Shown piece by piece: positions 1 through 8,430 of a DNA stretch of 62,967 bases. This stretch comes from Chloroflexota bacterium (GTDB lineage Bacteria; Chloroflexota; Dehalococcoidia; GIF9; UBA5629). The notes beneath the pieces were generated by a model that did no database searches, was not told where the DNA came from, and worked only from the letters and a program-made list of their open reading frames with translations. The position numbers and the translations under genes were made by a program. Every line of letters begins with the position of its first letter. Positions within the stretch are counted from its first letter, which is position 1. The stretch lies in assembly GCA_037443085.1 (NCBI GenBank), contig JBBIPA010000003.1:26534-89500 (forward strand), written 5' to 3'.

Positions 1-517
1 AGAGGCAATCAGGACGATTGGGTGTGACATCTATATCTAAAATCGTATCACCCAGGTATTCCCCCAATGGTGTTCCTATGGCCGCATCGGGAGGCAAAAC
101 CATTATGCCCTCATGACTGTCAGATATCCCCAGTTCCTTCTCCGAGCAAATCATCCCTTCAGAAGACACCCCGCGAATCTTGGCTGGTTTTAACTGAACG
201 AGCTCACCCGAATGACTATCGATAAGCTGAGCGCCCACCTGAGCAAAAACCACCGTATCACCAACATGCAGGTTAGGAGCACCGCAGACTACGGTCATTT
301 GCCGTCCGCCTAAATCAACAGTAGCCAGCCTCAAACGGTCAGCGTTGGGATGCGGATTAACACCGGTTATTTGCGCAATGGTGACATTCTTCCAATCCCT
401 GCCGACGACCACAATTTCCCCCACCTCCAAGCCAGCAATGGTCAAGCGCTCCGCCAGTTCTTTCACAGGCGTAGCAATATCTACGTAGTCCTGGAGCCAT
501 TTAAGTGACACTTTCAT
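1..517 (-). CDS. pheT: Phenylalanine--tRNA ligase beta subunit, N-terminal part (gene runs off the window start)
   Basis: Absent from the ORF track because it is open at the window edge. Manual translation from ATG at 515-517 gives MKVSLKWLQDYVDIATPVKELAERLTIAGLEVGEIVVV...NPHPNADRLRLATVDLGG...GMICSEKELGIS, the tRNA-binding OB-fold N-terminus of PheT. It lies 67 nt downstream of pheS. Confidence 0.9.
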   Translation of the reverse strand, partial: MKVSLKWLQDYVDIATPVKELAERLTIAGLEVGEIVVVGRDWKNVTIAQITGVNPHPNADRLRLATVDLGGRQMTVVCGAPNLHVGDTVVFAQVGAQLIDSHSGELVQLKPAKIRGVSSEGMICSEKELGISDSHEGIMVLPPDAAIGTPLGEYLGDTILDIDVTPNRPDCL

Positions 518-584
518 CGTTTCATCCTGATAAGAGAACCAGTATTACCAGCTCATAGTAGTTCTGCCCGTAAGACCACATAAC

Positions 585-1619
585 CTAGAATTGCTCCAGA
601 AATCTGAGAGCGTTTCCGTAGAAAAGACGAATGTCTTCAACGCCATAGCGGAGAATCGGTATTCGCTCCACCCCCATGCCAAAAGCAAAACCAGAATAGA
701 CATCAGGGTCAATGCCGACACGCCGCAGCACTTCAGGATGCACCATGCCACAGCCCAGAATTTCAAGCCAGCCGCTATTGCCACACACACGGCAACCAGC
801 GCCCTTACATACAATACAATCGATAGACAGCTCGCCGCCTGGTTCCACAAAAGGAAAATAATCGCAGCGGAAACGGCATTTTCTGCCTTTACCAAATAGT
901 CGGCGGGCAAACTCAAATAGCGTACCCTTCAAATCAGACAGGGTGATGTTTTCATCTACCGCCAAGCCTTCTACCTGATGAAACATCCATTCGTGGGTCA
1001 CATCAGTAGCTTCATACCTGTACACACGCCCGGGTGCTATGATTCTGATGGGCGGCTTTAATCGTTCCATGGCTCTTATCTGGACTGGAGAGGTATGTGT
1101 TCGCAACAGCATGGTGCCGAATTGGACATTGGGCTCAGCATCCATCCACAGAGTGGCAAACATATCGCGAGCTGGATGCCCCGCTGGCATGTTTAACGCT
1201 TCAAAGTTATAGTAATCCCACTCTACTTCAGGACCCTCAACAATTTGAAAGCCCATACCCTTAAAAATTTCGCAAATCTCGTCAAGTGTTTGGGTAGTAG
1301 GATGCAAGCGACCCAGAGGAATCTGTTTCCCCGGCAAGCTAACGTCAATTCCCTCACGTCCCGAAACGGCTAAACCCTGCTCTAAGGCATGCTTTCTCTC
1401 AGCTAAGGCGGTTTCCAAAGCCACCTTAACCTCATTGGCTCGCGCCCCGATAATCCGTCTTTCCTCCAGAGACAACGTCGCCAGAGAGCGCAAAGCCTGC
1501 ACTATGGTGCTTTTTCTACCCAGATAACGGACACGCCAGGCTTCCAGCTCCTCAGCGGTGATGCCCTTACCTAATTCATCAAAGGCTTTAGAGGCGAGCT
1601 CTTCGATCTGGTTTAGCAT
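585..1619 (-). CDS. pheS: Phenylalanine--tRNA ligase alpha subunit
   Basis: 344 aa with class II aaRS core motifs (RTHTSPVQIR, FPFVEPGGEL, GMGVERI). Position between rplT and pheT. Confidence 0.97.
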   Translation of the reverse strand: MLNQIEELASKAFDELGKGITAEELEAWRVRYLGRKSTIVQALRSLATLSLEERRIIGARANEVKVALETALAERKHALEQGLAVSGREGIDVSLPGKQIPLGRLHPTTQTLDEICEIFKGMGFQIVEGPEVEWDYYNFEALNMPAGHPARDMFATLWMDAEPNVQFGTMLLRTHTSPVQIRAMERLKPPIRIIAPGRVYRYEATDVTHEWMFHQVEGLAVDENITLSDLKGTLFEFARRLFGKGRKCRFRCDYFPFVEPGGELSIDCIVCKGAGCRVCGNSGWLEILGCGMVHPEVLRRVGIDPDVYSGFAFGMGVERIPILRYGVEDIRLFYGNALRFLEQF

Positions 1620-1637
1620 TACTATGACCGGAGGGGG

Positions 1638-1997
1638 TTAGTTGTTAGATTTATCTGAAGCCAGCTTCAACAGCTTGGAGAAACCAGGAGAGTCATGTAC
1701 TGCCATCTCAGCCAGCATCTTCCTGTTGATGACTACACCGGCTTTTTTCAAGCCTTCAATCAACTGCCTGTAGGACATCCCGCCAGCACGAGCAGCAGCA
1801 TTTATCCTCATAATCCACAGTCGCCGCATATCACCCTTGCGTTCCCGTCTGTGGCAATAGGCATAATCCAGAGCATGGCTCATGGACTCATGGGCAATCT
1901 TGAACAGTCTATGCCGCTTGCCCCTATGTCCCTTGGTAAGCTCCAGTACTTTCTTATGTCTTCTATGTGTGACTATTCCACCTTTAACTCTGGGCAC
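1638..1997 (-). CDS. rplT: 50S ribosomal protein L20
   Basis: 119 aa starting MPRVKGGIVTHRRHKKVL, typical of L20. Conserved rpmI-rplT order. Confidence 0.97.
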   Translation of the reverse strand: MPRVKGGIVTHRRHKKVLELTKGHRGKRHRLFKIAHESMSHALDYAYCHRRERKGDMRRLWIMRINAAARAGGMSYRQLIEGLKKAGVVINRKMLAEMAVHDSPGFSKLLKLASDKSNN

Positions 1998-2013
1998 TCA
2001 ATTTCCTCCTCAA

Positions 2014-2217
2014 TTACTTAGAACAGTAGGGCATCAGCCTCTTCAACCTGTGGACGTCAACAGCCTGGACAGAGATAGTCTCATCAAAGAGACGCTTTGA
2101 CCTTGCCGACTTATTACGTCGCAAATGGCTTTTCAGTCCCTTGACCCTGGTAATCTTACCACTTCCGGTCATATGAAAGCGCTTTTTAGCGCCTTTGTGA
2201 GTCTTAAGTTTTGGCAA
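2014..2217 (-). CDS. rpmI: 50S ribosomal protein L35
   Basis: 67 aa starting MPKLKTHKGAKKRF, the L35 signature. Confidence 0.95.
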   Translation of the reverse strand: MPKLKTHKGAKKRFHMTGSGKITRVKGLKSHLRRNKSARSKRLFDETISVQAVDVHRLKRLMPYCSK

Positions 2218-2722
2218 CCGGGCTTTCCTCCTTTACTTTTGTCCCCTTGGCTGGCTTGTGAGAAAGCGGGGTAAACACCAGATGCATCATCCGCCCTTCC
2301 AGCGCTGGTGAACCATCTATCCCGGCAATATCCTTCAAACCATCGGTGACTTTTTGTAACGCTCGTAATCCCAACTCGGGATGGGTAATTTCACGTCCTC
2401 GAAAAACGATGTTAACCTTTACCTTATCGCCTTCTTCCAGCAGTCTCTTGGCTAGCCGTATCTTCGTCTCCAGATCATGGTCCCCAACCCTGGGCTTGAT
2501 ACGAATCTCCTTGAGCAGGCTGGCTCTCTGACCCTGCCTGGCTTTCCGCTCCTTCTTCGTCTGCTCATACCGATATCGTCCGTAATCAAGAATCCGACAA
2601 ACTGGAGGATTTGAGGTAGCTGCCACCTCCACCAGGTCAAGACCGCGTTCACGAGCAACCTCCAATGCCTTTCTAATAGGCATTACGCCCATTTGCTCGC
2701 CGGTCTCCCCTATAAGCCGCAC
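2204..2722 (-). CDS. infC: Translation initiation factor IF-3 (5' end uncertain; true start probably non-canonical and upstream of 2722)
   Basis: VRLIGETGEQMGVMPIRKALEVARERGLDLVEV...PPVCRILDYGRYRYE is the IF-3 N-domain and linker. The conserved LPVNEKIRAKE continues in frame upstream of the GTG at 2720-2722 (see finding). Confidence 0.9.
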   Translation of the reverse strand: MRLIGETGEQMGVMPIRKALEVARERGLDLVEVAATSNPPVCRILDYGRYRYEQTKKERKARQGQRASLLKEIRIKPRVGDHDLETKIRLAKRLLEEGDKVKVNIVFRGREITHPELGLRALQKVTDGLKDIAGIDGSPALEGRMMHLVFTPLSHKPAKGTKVKEESPVAKT

Positions 2723-2827
2723 CTCCTTAGCTCTGATCTTTTCGTTTACAGGTAACTCTTTAGTCGTCTGCCAGCCTCTTGTTTATTTAGTCGTTGGGCA
2801 AAAATATACCACATTCTTAGCAGGAAA

Positions 2828-4570
2828 TCAAAGCTGTATTGAGTCTTTAGCCTTGATAACCGCCTTAATCCGCTCCTTAAGCTCGCTCAATGTCCAGGAC
2901 CCTAAATCCTCGCCACTCCTCAACCTGACCGATACCGCAGCACTTGCTAGCTCTTTATCGCCAATAACCAGCATATAAGGCACCTTATTCAACTGCGCCT
3001 CTCGTATCTTCAGGTTCATCCTCTCAGCGCGGTCGGCGACCTGCACACGAATATCATCTTCCCCCAATTCGTTGCTTATCTGCCTGGCATATTCCAGATG
3101 ACGATCAGCAATAGGAATAATCACTGCCTGCACCGGAGCCAACCAAACAGGAAAGGCACCGCCATAATGCTCCACAAGACAAGCCATAAAGCGTTCCATG
3201 CTCCCCAGTACCGTGCGATGCACCATTACCACCTGATGCTCCGCGCCGTCTTCGCCAACATAGTTTACGTTAAAACGCTGCGGTAGATTAAAGTCAACCT
3301 GAATCGTTGGCCCCTGCCACAGCCGTCCCAGAGCATCCTTAAGTTTAATGTCGATCTTTGGCCCGTAAAAAACGCCTTCACCAGGGTCGATTTTATAATC
3401 AAGCTTGAGATTCTCCAGCACTCGCTTCAGCGCTTCGGTGGCATGTTCCCAGACCTCCAGTGTCCCAGCATACTTATCAGGTCGCGTAGAGAGAAGCATC
3501 TCATACTCAATGAAACCGAATGTTTTCATCATGAAGCGAGCTAATTCCACTACCCCGGTAACTTCGTCTTCAATCTGGTCAGGGCGACAAAAAATATGGG
3601 CATCGTCCTGGGTAAAGCCTCGAACCCTGGCCAGACCATGCAGCACACCGGAGCGCTCATAGCGATATACAGTTCCCATCTCAGCAAAACGCAGCGGCAG
3701 ATTGCGATAGCTGCGCAGTTGCGTCTTGTAAATCAAAATGTGCCCCAGGCAGTTCATCGGCTTGATGATATACTCCTGCCCCTCAATATCCATGGGGGAA
3801 TACAGGTTCTCCCGGTAGAAATCCCAGTGCCCACTGGTCTTCCACAAATTCACCTTGGCAATATGCGGAGTATAGATAACATCATAGCCGCGTTTGATAT
3901 GCTCTTTCTTCCAGAATTCTTCGATAATGCACCGAACTGTCGAGCCTTTGGCATGCCAGTGTACTAACCCCGGCCCCGCCTCATCATGTAGGCTGAACAG
4001 GTCAAGCTCTTTGCCCAGCTTCCGATGGTCTCGCTTAGCCGCTTCAGCCAGGCGAGCTAAATAATCTTCCAATTCTGATTGAGACTCAAAGGCTACACCA
4101 TAAATCCTTTGCAGCATGGGGCGCTTCTCATCACCACGCCAGTAGGCACCAGCAGTAGCAGTGAGCTTAAACGCCTTTACTTCACCGGTCGATTTCACAT
4201 GAGGGCCACGGCACAGGTCAAGGAAGGAACCCTGCTGGTATATGGTCACTTTTTCATCGGGCAGTTCTTGAATAAGCTCCAGCTTATAGGGTTGCTCCAA
4301 AAACAATTCCCTGGCTTTTGCCTTGTCAATCTCCTGACTGACAAAAGGTAATTTAGCAGCGATAATTTCCTTCATCTTGGCTTCGATGGTGGATAAATCC
4401 TCGGGCACCAATGTCCTGGGCAACTCGAAGTCATAATAGAATCCATCCTCAATCGCCGGCCCTATGCCGAACTTGGCCCCTGGAAAAAGAGACTGAACAG
4501 CTTCAGCCATAATATGGGACACTGAATGCCTCATCATTTCCAGTCTGCTTTCCTTTTCTGACAATGTCAT
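2828..4570 (-). CDS. thrS: Threonine--tRNA ligase (short form without the N-terminal TGS domain)
   Basis: 580 aa with an editing/second-additional domain (HSVSHIMAEAV), a class II core (RVRGFTQDDAHIF, HRTVLGSMERF) and an anticodon-binding C-terminus. Confidence 0.97.
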   Translation of the reverse strand: MTLSEKESRLEMMRHSVSHIMAEAVQSLFPGAKFGIGPAIEDGFYYDFELPRTLVPEDLSTIEAKMKEIIAAKLPFVSQEIDKAKARELFLEQPYKLELIQELPDEKVTIYQQGSFLDLCRGPHVKSTGEVKAFKLTATAGAYWRGDEKRPMLQRIYGVAFESQSELEDYLARLAEAAKRDHRKLGKELDLFSLHDEAGPGLVHWHAKGSTVRCIIEEFWKKEHIKRGYDVIYTPHIAKVNLWKTSGHWDFYRENLYSPMDIEGQEYIIKPMNCLGHILIYKTQLRSYRNLPLRFAEMGTVYRYERSGVLHGLARVRGFTQDDAHIFCRPDQIEDEVTGVVELARFMMKTFGFIEYEMLLSTRPDKYAGTLEVWEHATEALKRVLENLKLDYKIDPGEGVFYGPKIDIKLKDALGRLWQGPTIQVDFNLPQRFNVNYVGEDGAEHQVVMVHRTVLGSMERFMACLVEHYGGAFPVWLAPVQAVIIPIADRHLEYARQISNELGEDDIRVQVADRAERMNLKIREAQLNKVPYMLVIGDKELASAAVSVRLRSGEDLGSWTLSELKERIKAVIKAKDSIQL

Positions 4571-4780
4571 CCTTTAAAAATTCCCTGTTTAAATTAAATA
4601 AAAACCCTCGCAGTTACCAGCGAGAGTTCCTTTTAACTTTAATTGAACAACTTGTCTCAGCCAATTCTCCCCTATTGATTTTACCTTAGTCCGCACGATA
4701 TCTCAACATAATCAGAGGTTAGATGCCGAAAACTGTACTGATTAACTGCACCCACAGCAGACAAGGAGACTCAAAGCAAT
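4571..4780 (-). promoter_or_regulatory. thrS 5' leader, about 210 nt (attenuation-type regulation; T-box identity not confirmed)
   Basis: Long non-coding gap between the upstream lipoprotein gene stop (4781) and the thrS ATG (4570), ending in the terminator hairpin. UGGUA sits in the hairpin loop, but I could not trace a canonical stem I or specifier loop. Confidence 0.4.
4591..4627 (-). terminator. Intrinsic-terminator-like hairpin inside the thrS leader (attenuator candidate)
   Basis: Minus strand reads ACUCUCGC-uggtaact-GCGAGGGU followed by UUUUAUUUAAUUU. The stem is plus 4604-4611 / 4620-4627 and ends about 20 nt before the thrS RBS/ATG. Confidence 0.55.
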
Positions 4781-6055
4781 CTACTCTCTGGCTCTCTTCC
4801 AGCCAGGAGGAGTTAGCCTTAATCTGAGATTCCTGGGAGGATAATCCCGCTTGATTACCTCCACTGTATAAATTCCAGTTTTCACTGCCGGAAGCGTGAA
4901 GCCAAACCGTACATCATTTCCACTCCAGACAAGCATCCCGTCTCCATCAGGCCCGTATACATTCAAAGTCCACTCGAAGAATATCTTCTCTGCTCCCAAC
5001 CATTCAACAGTACCTTCAATTCTATCTTCAGCCATAAGTTGCCGCTCAACTCTGGCAGCGGCACAGGGAAAAAATGGCCAGAAACTATGCCAGAGATTCA
5101 ACTCGTATACCCCTGAAGCCAGGGCTGGCAGCCCTCTAAAAAAGTACTTGTCATTAAAACAGTAGAGGTCATCGGAATAGTCTGTAGTTAAAGCAAAATC
5201 CATAAAAGTAAAACTGACGGCCGTAGTAACCGGGTCTAACTGTGGCTCTACCATGCTCCAGATCCCTTTGGAATAGCGCTCGAAAACGTAGGCATGGTAG
5301 GCTTCAGTACCTTGAGGCGTACCAATTGCCACGTAAACCTGGTCGGGCGGCACTCCAGCAGCACGCAGCAGGCTGCACAACAAAACAGCAATATCCTCGC
5401 AATCTCCTGTGCCTCGCTCCAGCGTCTCCACTGGAAACTGCCAGTAATCGGCAATGCCATGCTCATCATAATCTCGCTTGTAGCTAATTCGAGTTGCCAC
5501 CCATTCTCTGAGCGCATCGAAGTCATTGTAATGCTTTTTCCACGGCGATGAAAAAATAACCTTAACTGCTGCCTTCATCTCGGCAGTATCCGGCGTGATA
5601 TATCGCCTCACCTGCTCCGGATTATTCAAAGGGCTTCTTGATATGATGGCTGAGCCAATCATTACTATCTTTGCAGGAGACAAGTCAGATAGCACTTCAT
5701 TACACCGTACCCTCATCCTGACAATATAGATGCCGGAATCAGCCCAGGAATGTGAGGCAATAGCCGATGATGTCCAGCTAACATTGCCATCGCCCCAATC
5801 AAAACCATACTCATAAATACCCTGCAAGCTGGACTTAACACCAGCAGAGTAGGTCAATTTCTCCTCTACTTTACCCGTCGATGGACCAACCGGAGTAGTA
5901 ACCGTGATAAGCTGCGAAGCCCCTGCCGGCTTGGCAACCTCTGGAGCTAATATCAGCCTTGATGGCTTGTCCGCCGTACAGCCAGAGAGCATTACCGCAA
6001 TTGCCAAAATAGCAGCGGTATAAACCACCAGATTTTTTACTAATCCCTTGCACAT
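4781..6055 (-). CDS. Lipoprotein with a PKD-like Ig domain and a transglutaminase-like cysteine protease core
   Basis: Signal peptide plus lipobox (AVMLSGC). YEYGFDWGDGNVSW...GIYIVRMRV is PKD-like. GTGDCEDIAVLLCSLLRAAGVP ... HAYV ... VEPQ matches the transglutaminase-like Cys-His-Asp core. Confidence 0.8.
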   Translation of the reverse strand: MCKGLVKNLVVYTAAILAIAVMLSGCTADKPSRLILAPEVAKPAGASQLITVTTPVGPSTGKVEEKLTYSAGVKSSLQGIYEYGFDWGDGNVSWTSSAIASHSWADSGIYIVRMRVRCNEVLSDLSPAKIVMIGSAIISRSPLNNPEQVRRYITPDTAEMKAAVKVIFSSPWKKHYNDFDALREWVATRISYKRDYDEHGIADYWQFPVETLERGTGDCEDIAVLLCSLLRAAGVPPDQVYVAIGTPQGTEAYHAYVFERYSKGIWSMVEPQLDPVTTAVSFTFMDFALTTDYSDDLYCFNDKYFFRGLPALASGVYELNLWHSFWPFFPCAAARVERQLMAEDRIEGTVEWLGAEKIFFEWTLNVYGPDGDGMLVWSGNDVRFGFTLPAVKTGIYTVEVIKRDYPPRNLRLRLTPPGWKRARE

Positions 6056-6066
6056 AACTTATTTTC

Positions 6067-6083
6067 ATTATACATCGAGTCAA
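6067..6083 (-). promoter_or_regulatory. Shared 17-mer TTGACTCGATGTATAAT (minus-strand reading), extended -10-like promoter element, copy 1
   Basis: Exact 17-nt identity with 40610-40626. The TGTATAAT ends 11 nt upstream of the ATG at 6055. Confidence 0.35.
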
Positions 6084-6121
6084 TATAATATAAAATGCAT
6101 TGCTTCGGCCATTACATTACA

Positions 6122-6150
6122 TTGACCACTAAATAAGCCTATGCTATGAT
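6122..6150 (+). promoter_or_regulatory. Sigma70-like promoter TTGACC-17-TATGAT for the UDG gene
   Basis: -35 at 6122-6127 and -10 at 6145-6150. The ATG at 6159 is only 8 nt downstream, so the mRNA would be leaderless or nearly so. Confidence 0.45.
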
Positions 6151-6158
6151 TTCCTCAG

Positions 6159-6755
6159 ATGTCAGCCCTTACCGATATCTACGCCGCAATCGAACACTGC
6201 CAGGATTGTGAACTAGCCAAACGCCGTACCCGGGCAGTGCCCGGTGAAGGGCCGGAGAACGCTACTCTGCTGTTCATCGGTGAAGCTCCGGGGTGGCATG
6301 AAGACCAGCAAGGACGCCCTTTCGTCGGCCCTGCCGGCCAGTTCCTGGAACAGCTACTGGCATCCATTGGCTTGAAACGCGACCAGGTCTATATCGCCAA
6401 CGTTATCAAGTGCCGCCCTCCCGGCAATCGCGACCCGCTGCCCGGAGAGGTGCAGGCCTGTAGCAAATGGCTTGAACGCCAGATAGAACTGATAAAACCG
6501 AGGATAATCGTCACCCTGGGCCGCTATTCCATGGCCCGATATTTCCCCAATGAGAGCATCAGCAAAGTCCATGGCAAAGCCAGAAAACATGGGGACATGA
6601 TTTACTATGCCATGTATCACCCCGCAGCAGCGCTACATCAGGGAAGCCTGCGCAAAGCCATCGAAGACGACATGCTTAAGATTCCACGGCTATTAGCAGA
6701 GGCAGAAAAAGTAGCCACGACTGAACCAGCACCTGAACAACTGAGCCTGTTCTGA
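6159..6755 (+). CDS. Uracil-DNA glycosylase, family 4 (Fe-S type)
   Basis: CQDCEL...GEAPGWHEDQQGRPFVGPAG...VIKCRPPGNRDP...HPAA are family 4 UDG motifs. Confidence 0.9.
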   Translation: MSALTDIYAAIEHCQDCELAKRRTRAVPGEGPENATLLFIGEAPGWHEDQQGRPFVGPAGQFLEQLLASIGLKRDQVYIANVIKCRPPGNRDPLPGEVQACSKWLERQIELIKPRIIVTLGRYSMARYFPNESISKVHGKARKHGDMIYYAMYHPAAALHQGSLRKAIEDDMLKIPRLLAEAEKVATTEPAPEQLSLF

Positions 6756-6763
6756 ATATTAAC

Positions 6764-8422
6764 GTGAGTAAACAAAAGCTTAAGATAATCCCCATAGGTG
6801 GCCTCGGTGAAATCGGCAAGAATATGATGGCCATCGAATACAGCGATGATATCATCATCATCGATGCCGGCCTCATGTTTCCCGAAGAAGATATGCTGGG
6901 CATTGACCTGGTCATACCTGACATCAGCTATCTATTAGAAAACAAGCACAAGCTCCGCGGCATTATTATCACTCACGGCCACGAAGACCACATCGGCGCC
7001 CTACCCTATATCCTGCCCGAGCTTGATCTGCCCATATACGCCACCAAGCTTACGCAGGGCTTAATCTCGGTGAAGCTGAAGGAGCATGGCCAGTCAAAAA
7101 AAGTCGACGCCAGATTAATCCACAGCGGGGTTAAGTTCTCCCTGGGCAGTTTTCAAATAGAGCCTTTCGCAGTTTGCCACAGCATCCCAGACTCCATCGG
7201 TCTGATTATCTGCACGCCGGTCGGCATCGTAGTGAACAGCGGTGATTTCAAAATTGACTATACCCCTGTTGATGGTAAAGCTTCCGAGCTGGCCAAACTG
7301 GCGCAACTGGGCAGCCAGGGAGTGTTGCTGCTGCTTGCCGACTCCACCTACGCTGATTTGCCCGGCTACACACCATCGGAAACCGTGGTTGGGGCTACGC
7401 TGGGGCGAATCATCGCCGATGCCCCGGGCAGAGTCATCATCACCACCTTCGCCTCGCTCATCTCCCGAATTCAGCAGGTAATAGACGTCGCTGCCAAAAA
7501 CCAACGTTATATTTTCGTCATCGGACGCAGCATGAGAGATACCGTGCGCATGGCTCTAGAACTCGGCTATCTCAAAGCACCACCCAATGTCCTGCGGCGC
7601 GCTGACGAGCTTCACCATTTCCCTCATAATCAAACTGTACTGCTCACCACTGGCAGCCAGGGAGAGCCAACCTCGGCATTGGTACGCATCACCAACAGGG
7701 ATAACAGCCAGGTTCGCATCATACCCGGGGACACGGTGGTGATATCAGCCACGCCGGTACCCGGCAACGAGGCATTAATTAACCGCACCATAGACAACCT
7801 GTTCCGCCAAGGAGCACATGTTATTTACGAAAGGCTGGCGCAGGTTCACGTTCACGGGCATGGCAGCCAAGAGGAGCTGAAACTGCTGCTCAATCTGGTG
7901 AGGCCGAAGTTCTTCGTGCCCATCCACGGCGAATACCGCCACCTGAGCCTCCATGCTAGGCTGGCTAAAACTCTGGGTTTGCCCGACGAGAACATTTTCG
8001 TCATGGAGAATGGTGACATTCTGGAGCTTGAGCCTCATAAAGCCAGAATTGTAGGCAGGCTCCCATCAGAAAATGTCTATGTAGACGGGCTGGTCATGGG
8101 CGACCTCGCTGGCGTGGTGCTTCGCGACCGCAAGCTGCTGTCCCGTGATGGTATCGTGGTGGTCATGGTTGCCATTGATAAAAACAACGGGGCGCTCATC
8201 GGTCGCCCTGATATTGTATCCAAGGGTTTTGTCGATACCAGGAACGGAGAAGACATCATCGAACAGGGCAGAAACCTGGTGGTCACCGGCCTGGTGCATA
8301 CCGGGAAACATCCGGTCGAACGAAGCTCCATCAACACCAAGGTGAAAGATATTCTCAGTAAATTCTTTTATGAGCAGACCAAGCGGCGACCCATGATACT
8401 CACCACCACTATTGAGGTATAA
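6764..8422 (+). CDS. rnj: Ribonuclease J
   Basis: 552 aa with a GTG start. Metallo-beta-lactamase HGHEDHIGALPY, beta-CASP region and C-terminal domain. Confidence 0.93.
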   Translation: MSKQKLKIIPIGGLGEIGKNMMAIEYSDDIIIIDAGLMFPEEDMLGIDLVIPDISYLLENKHKLRGIIITHGHEDHIGALPYILPELDLPIYATKLTQGLISVKLKEHGQSKKVDARLIHSGVKFSLGSFQIEPFAVCHSIPDSIGLIICTPVGIVVNSGDFKIDYTPVDGKASELAKLAQLGSQGVLLLLADSTYADLPGYTPSETVVGATLGRIIADAPGRVIITTFASLISRIQQVIDVAAKNQRYIFVIGRSMRDTVRMALELGYLKAPPNVLRRADELHHFPHNQTVLLTTGSQGEPTSALVRITNRDNSQVRIIPGDTVVISATPVPGNEALINRTIDNLFRQGAHVIYERLAQVHVHGHGSQEELKLLLNLVRPKFFVPIHGEYRHLSLHARLAKTLGLPDENIFVMENGDILELEPHKARIVGRLPSENVYVDGLVMGDLAGVVLRDRKLLSRDGIVVVMVAIDKNNGALIGRPDIVSKGFVDTRNGEDIIEQGRNLVVTGLVHTGKHPVERSSINTKVKDILSKFFYEQTKRRPMILTTTIEV

Positions 8423-8430
8423 ACGAAGAA

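Noticed and set aside
4571-4780. Calling the thrS leader a bona fide T-box riboswitch.
   Set aside because: I could verify only a terminator and a UGGUA in its loop. I found no convincing stem I, specifier loop or canonical T-box 14-mer by eye. It is kept as a generic attenuator candidate pending a covariance-model search.
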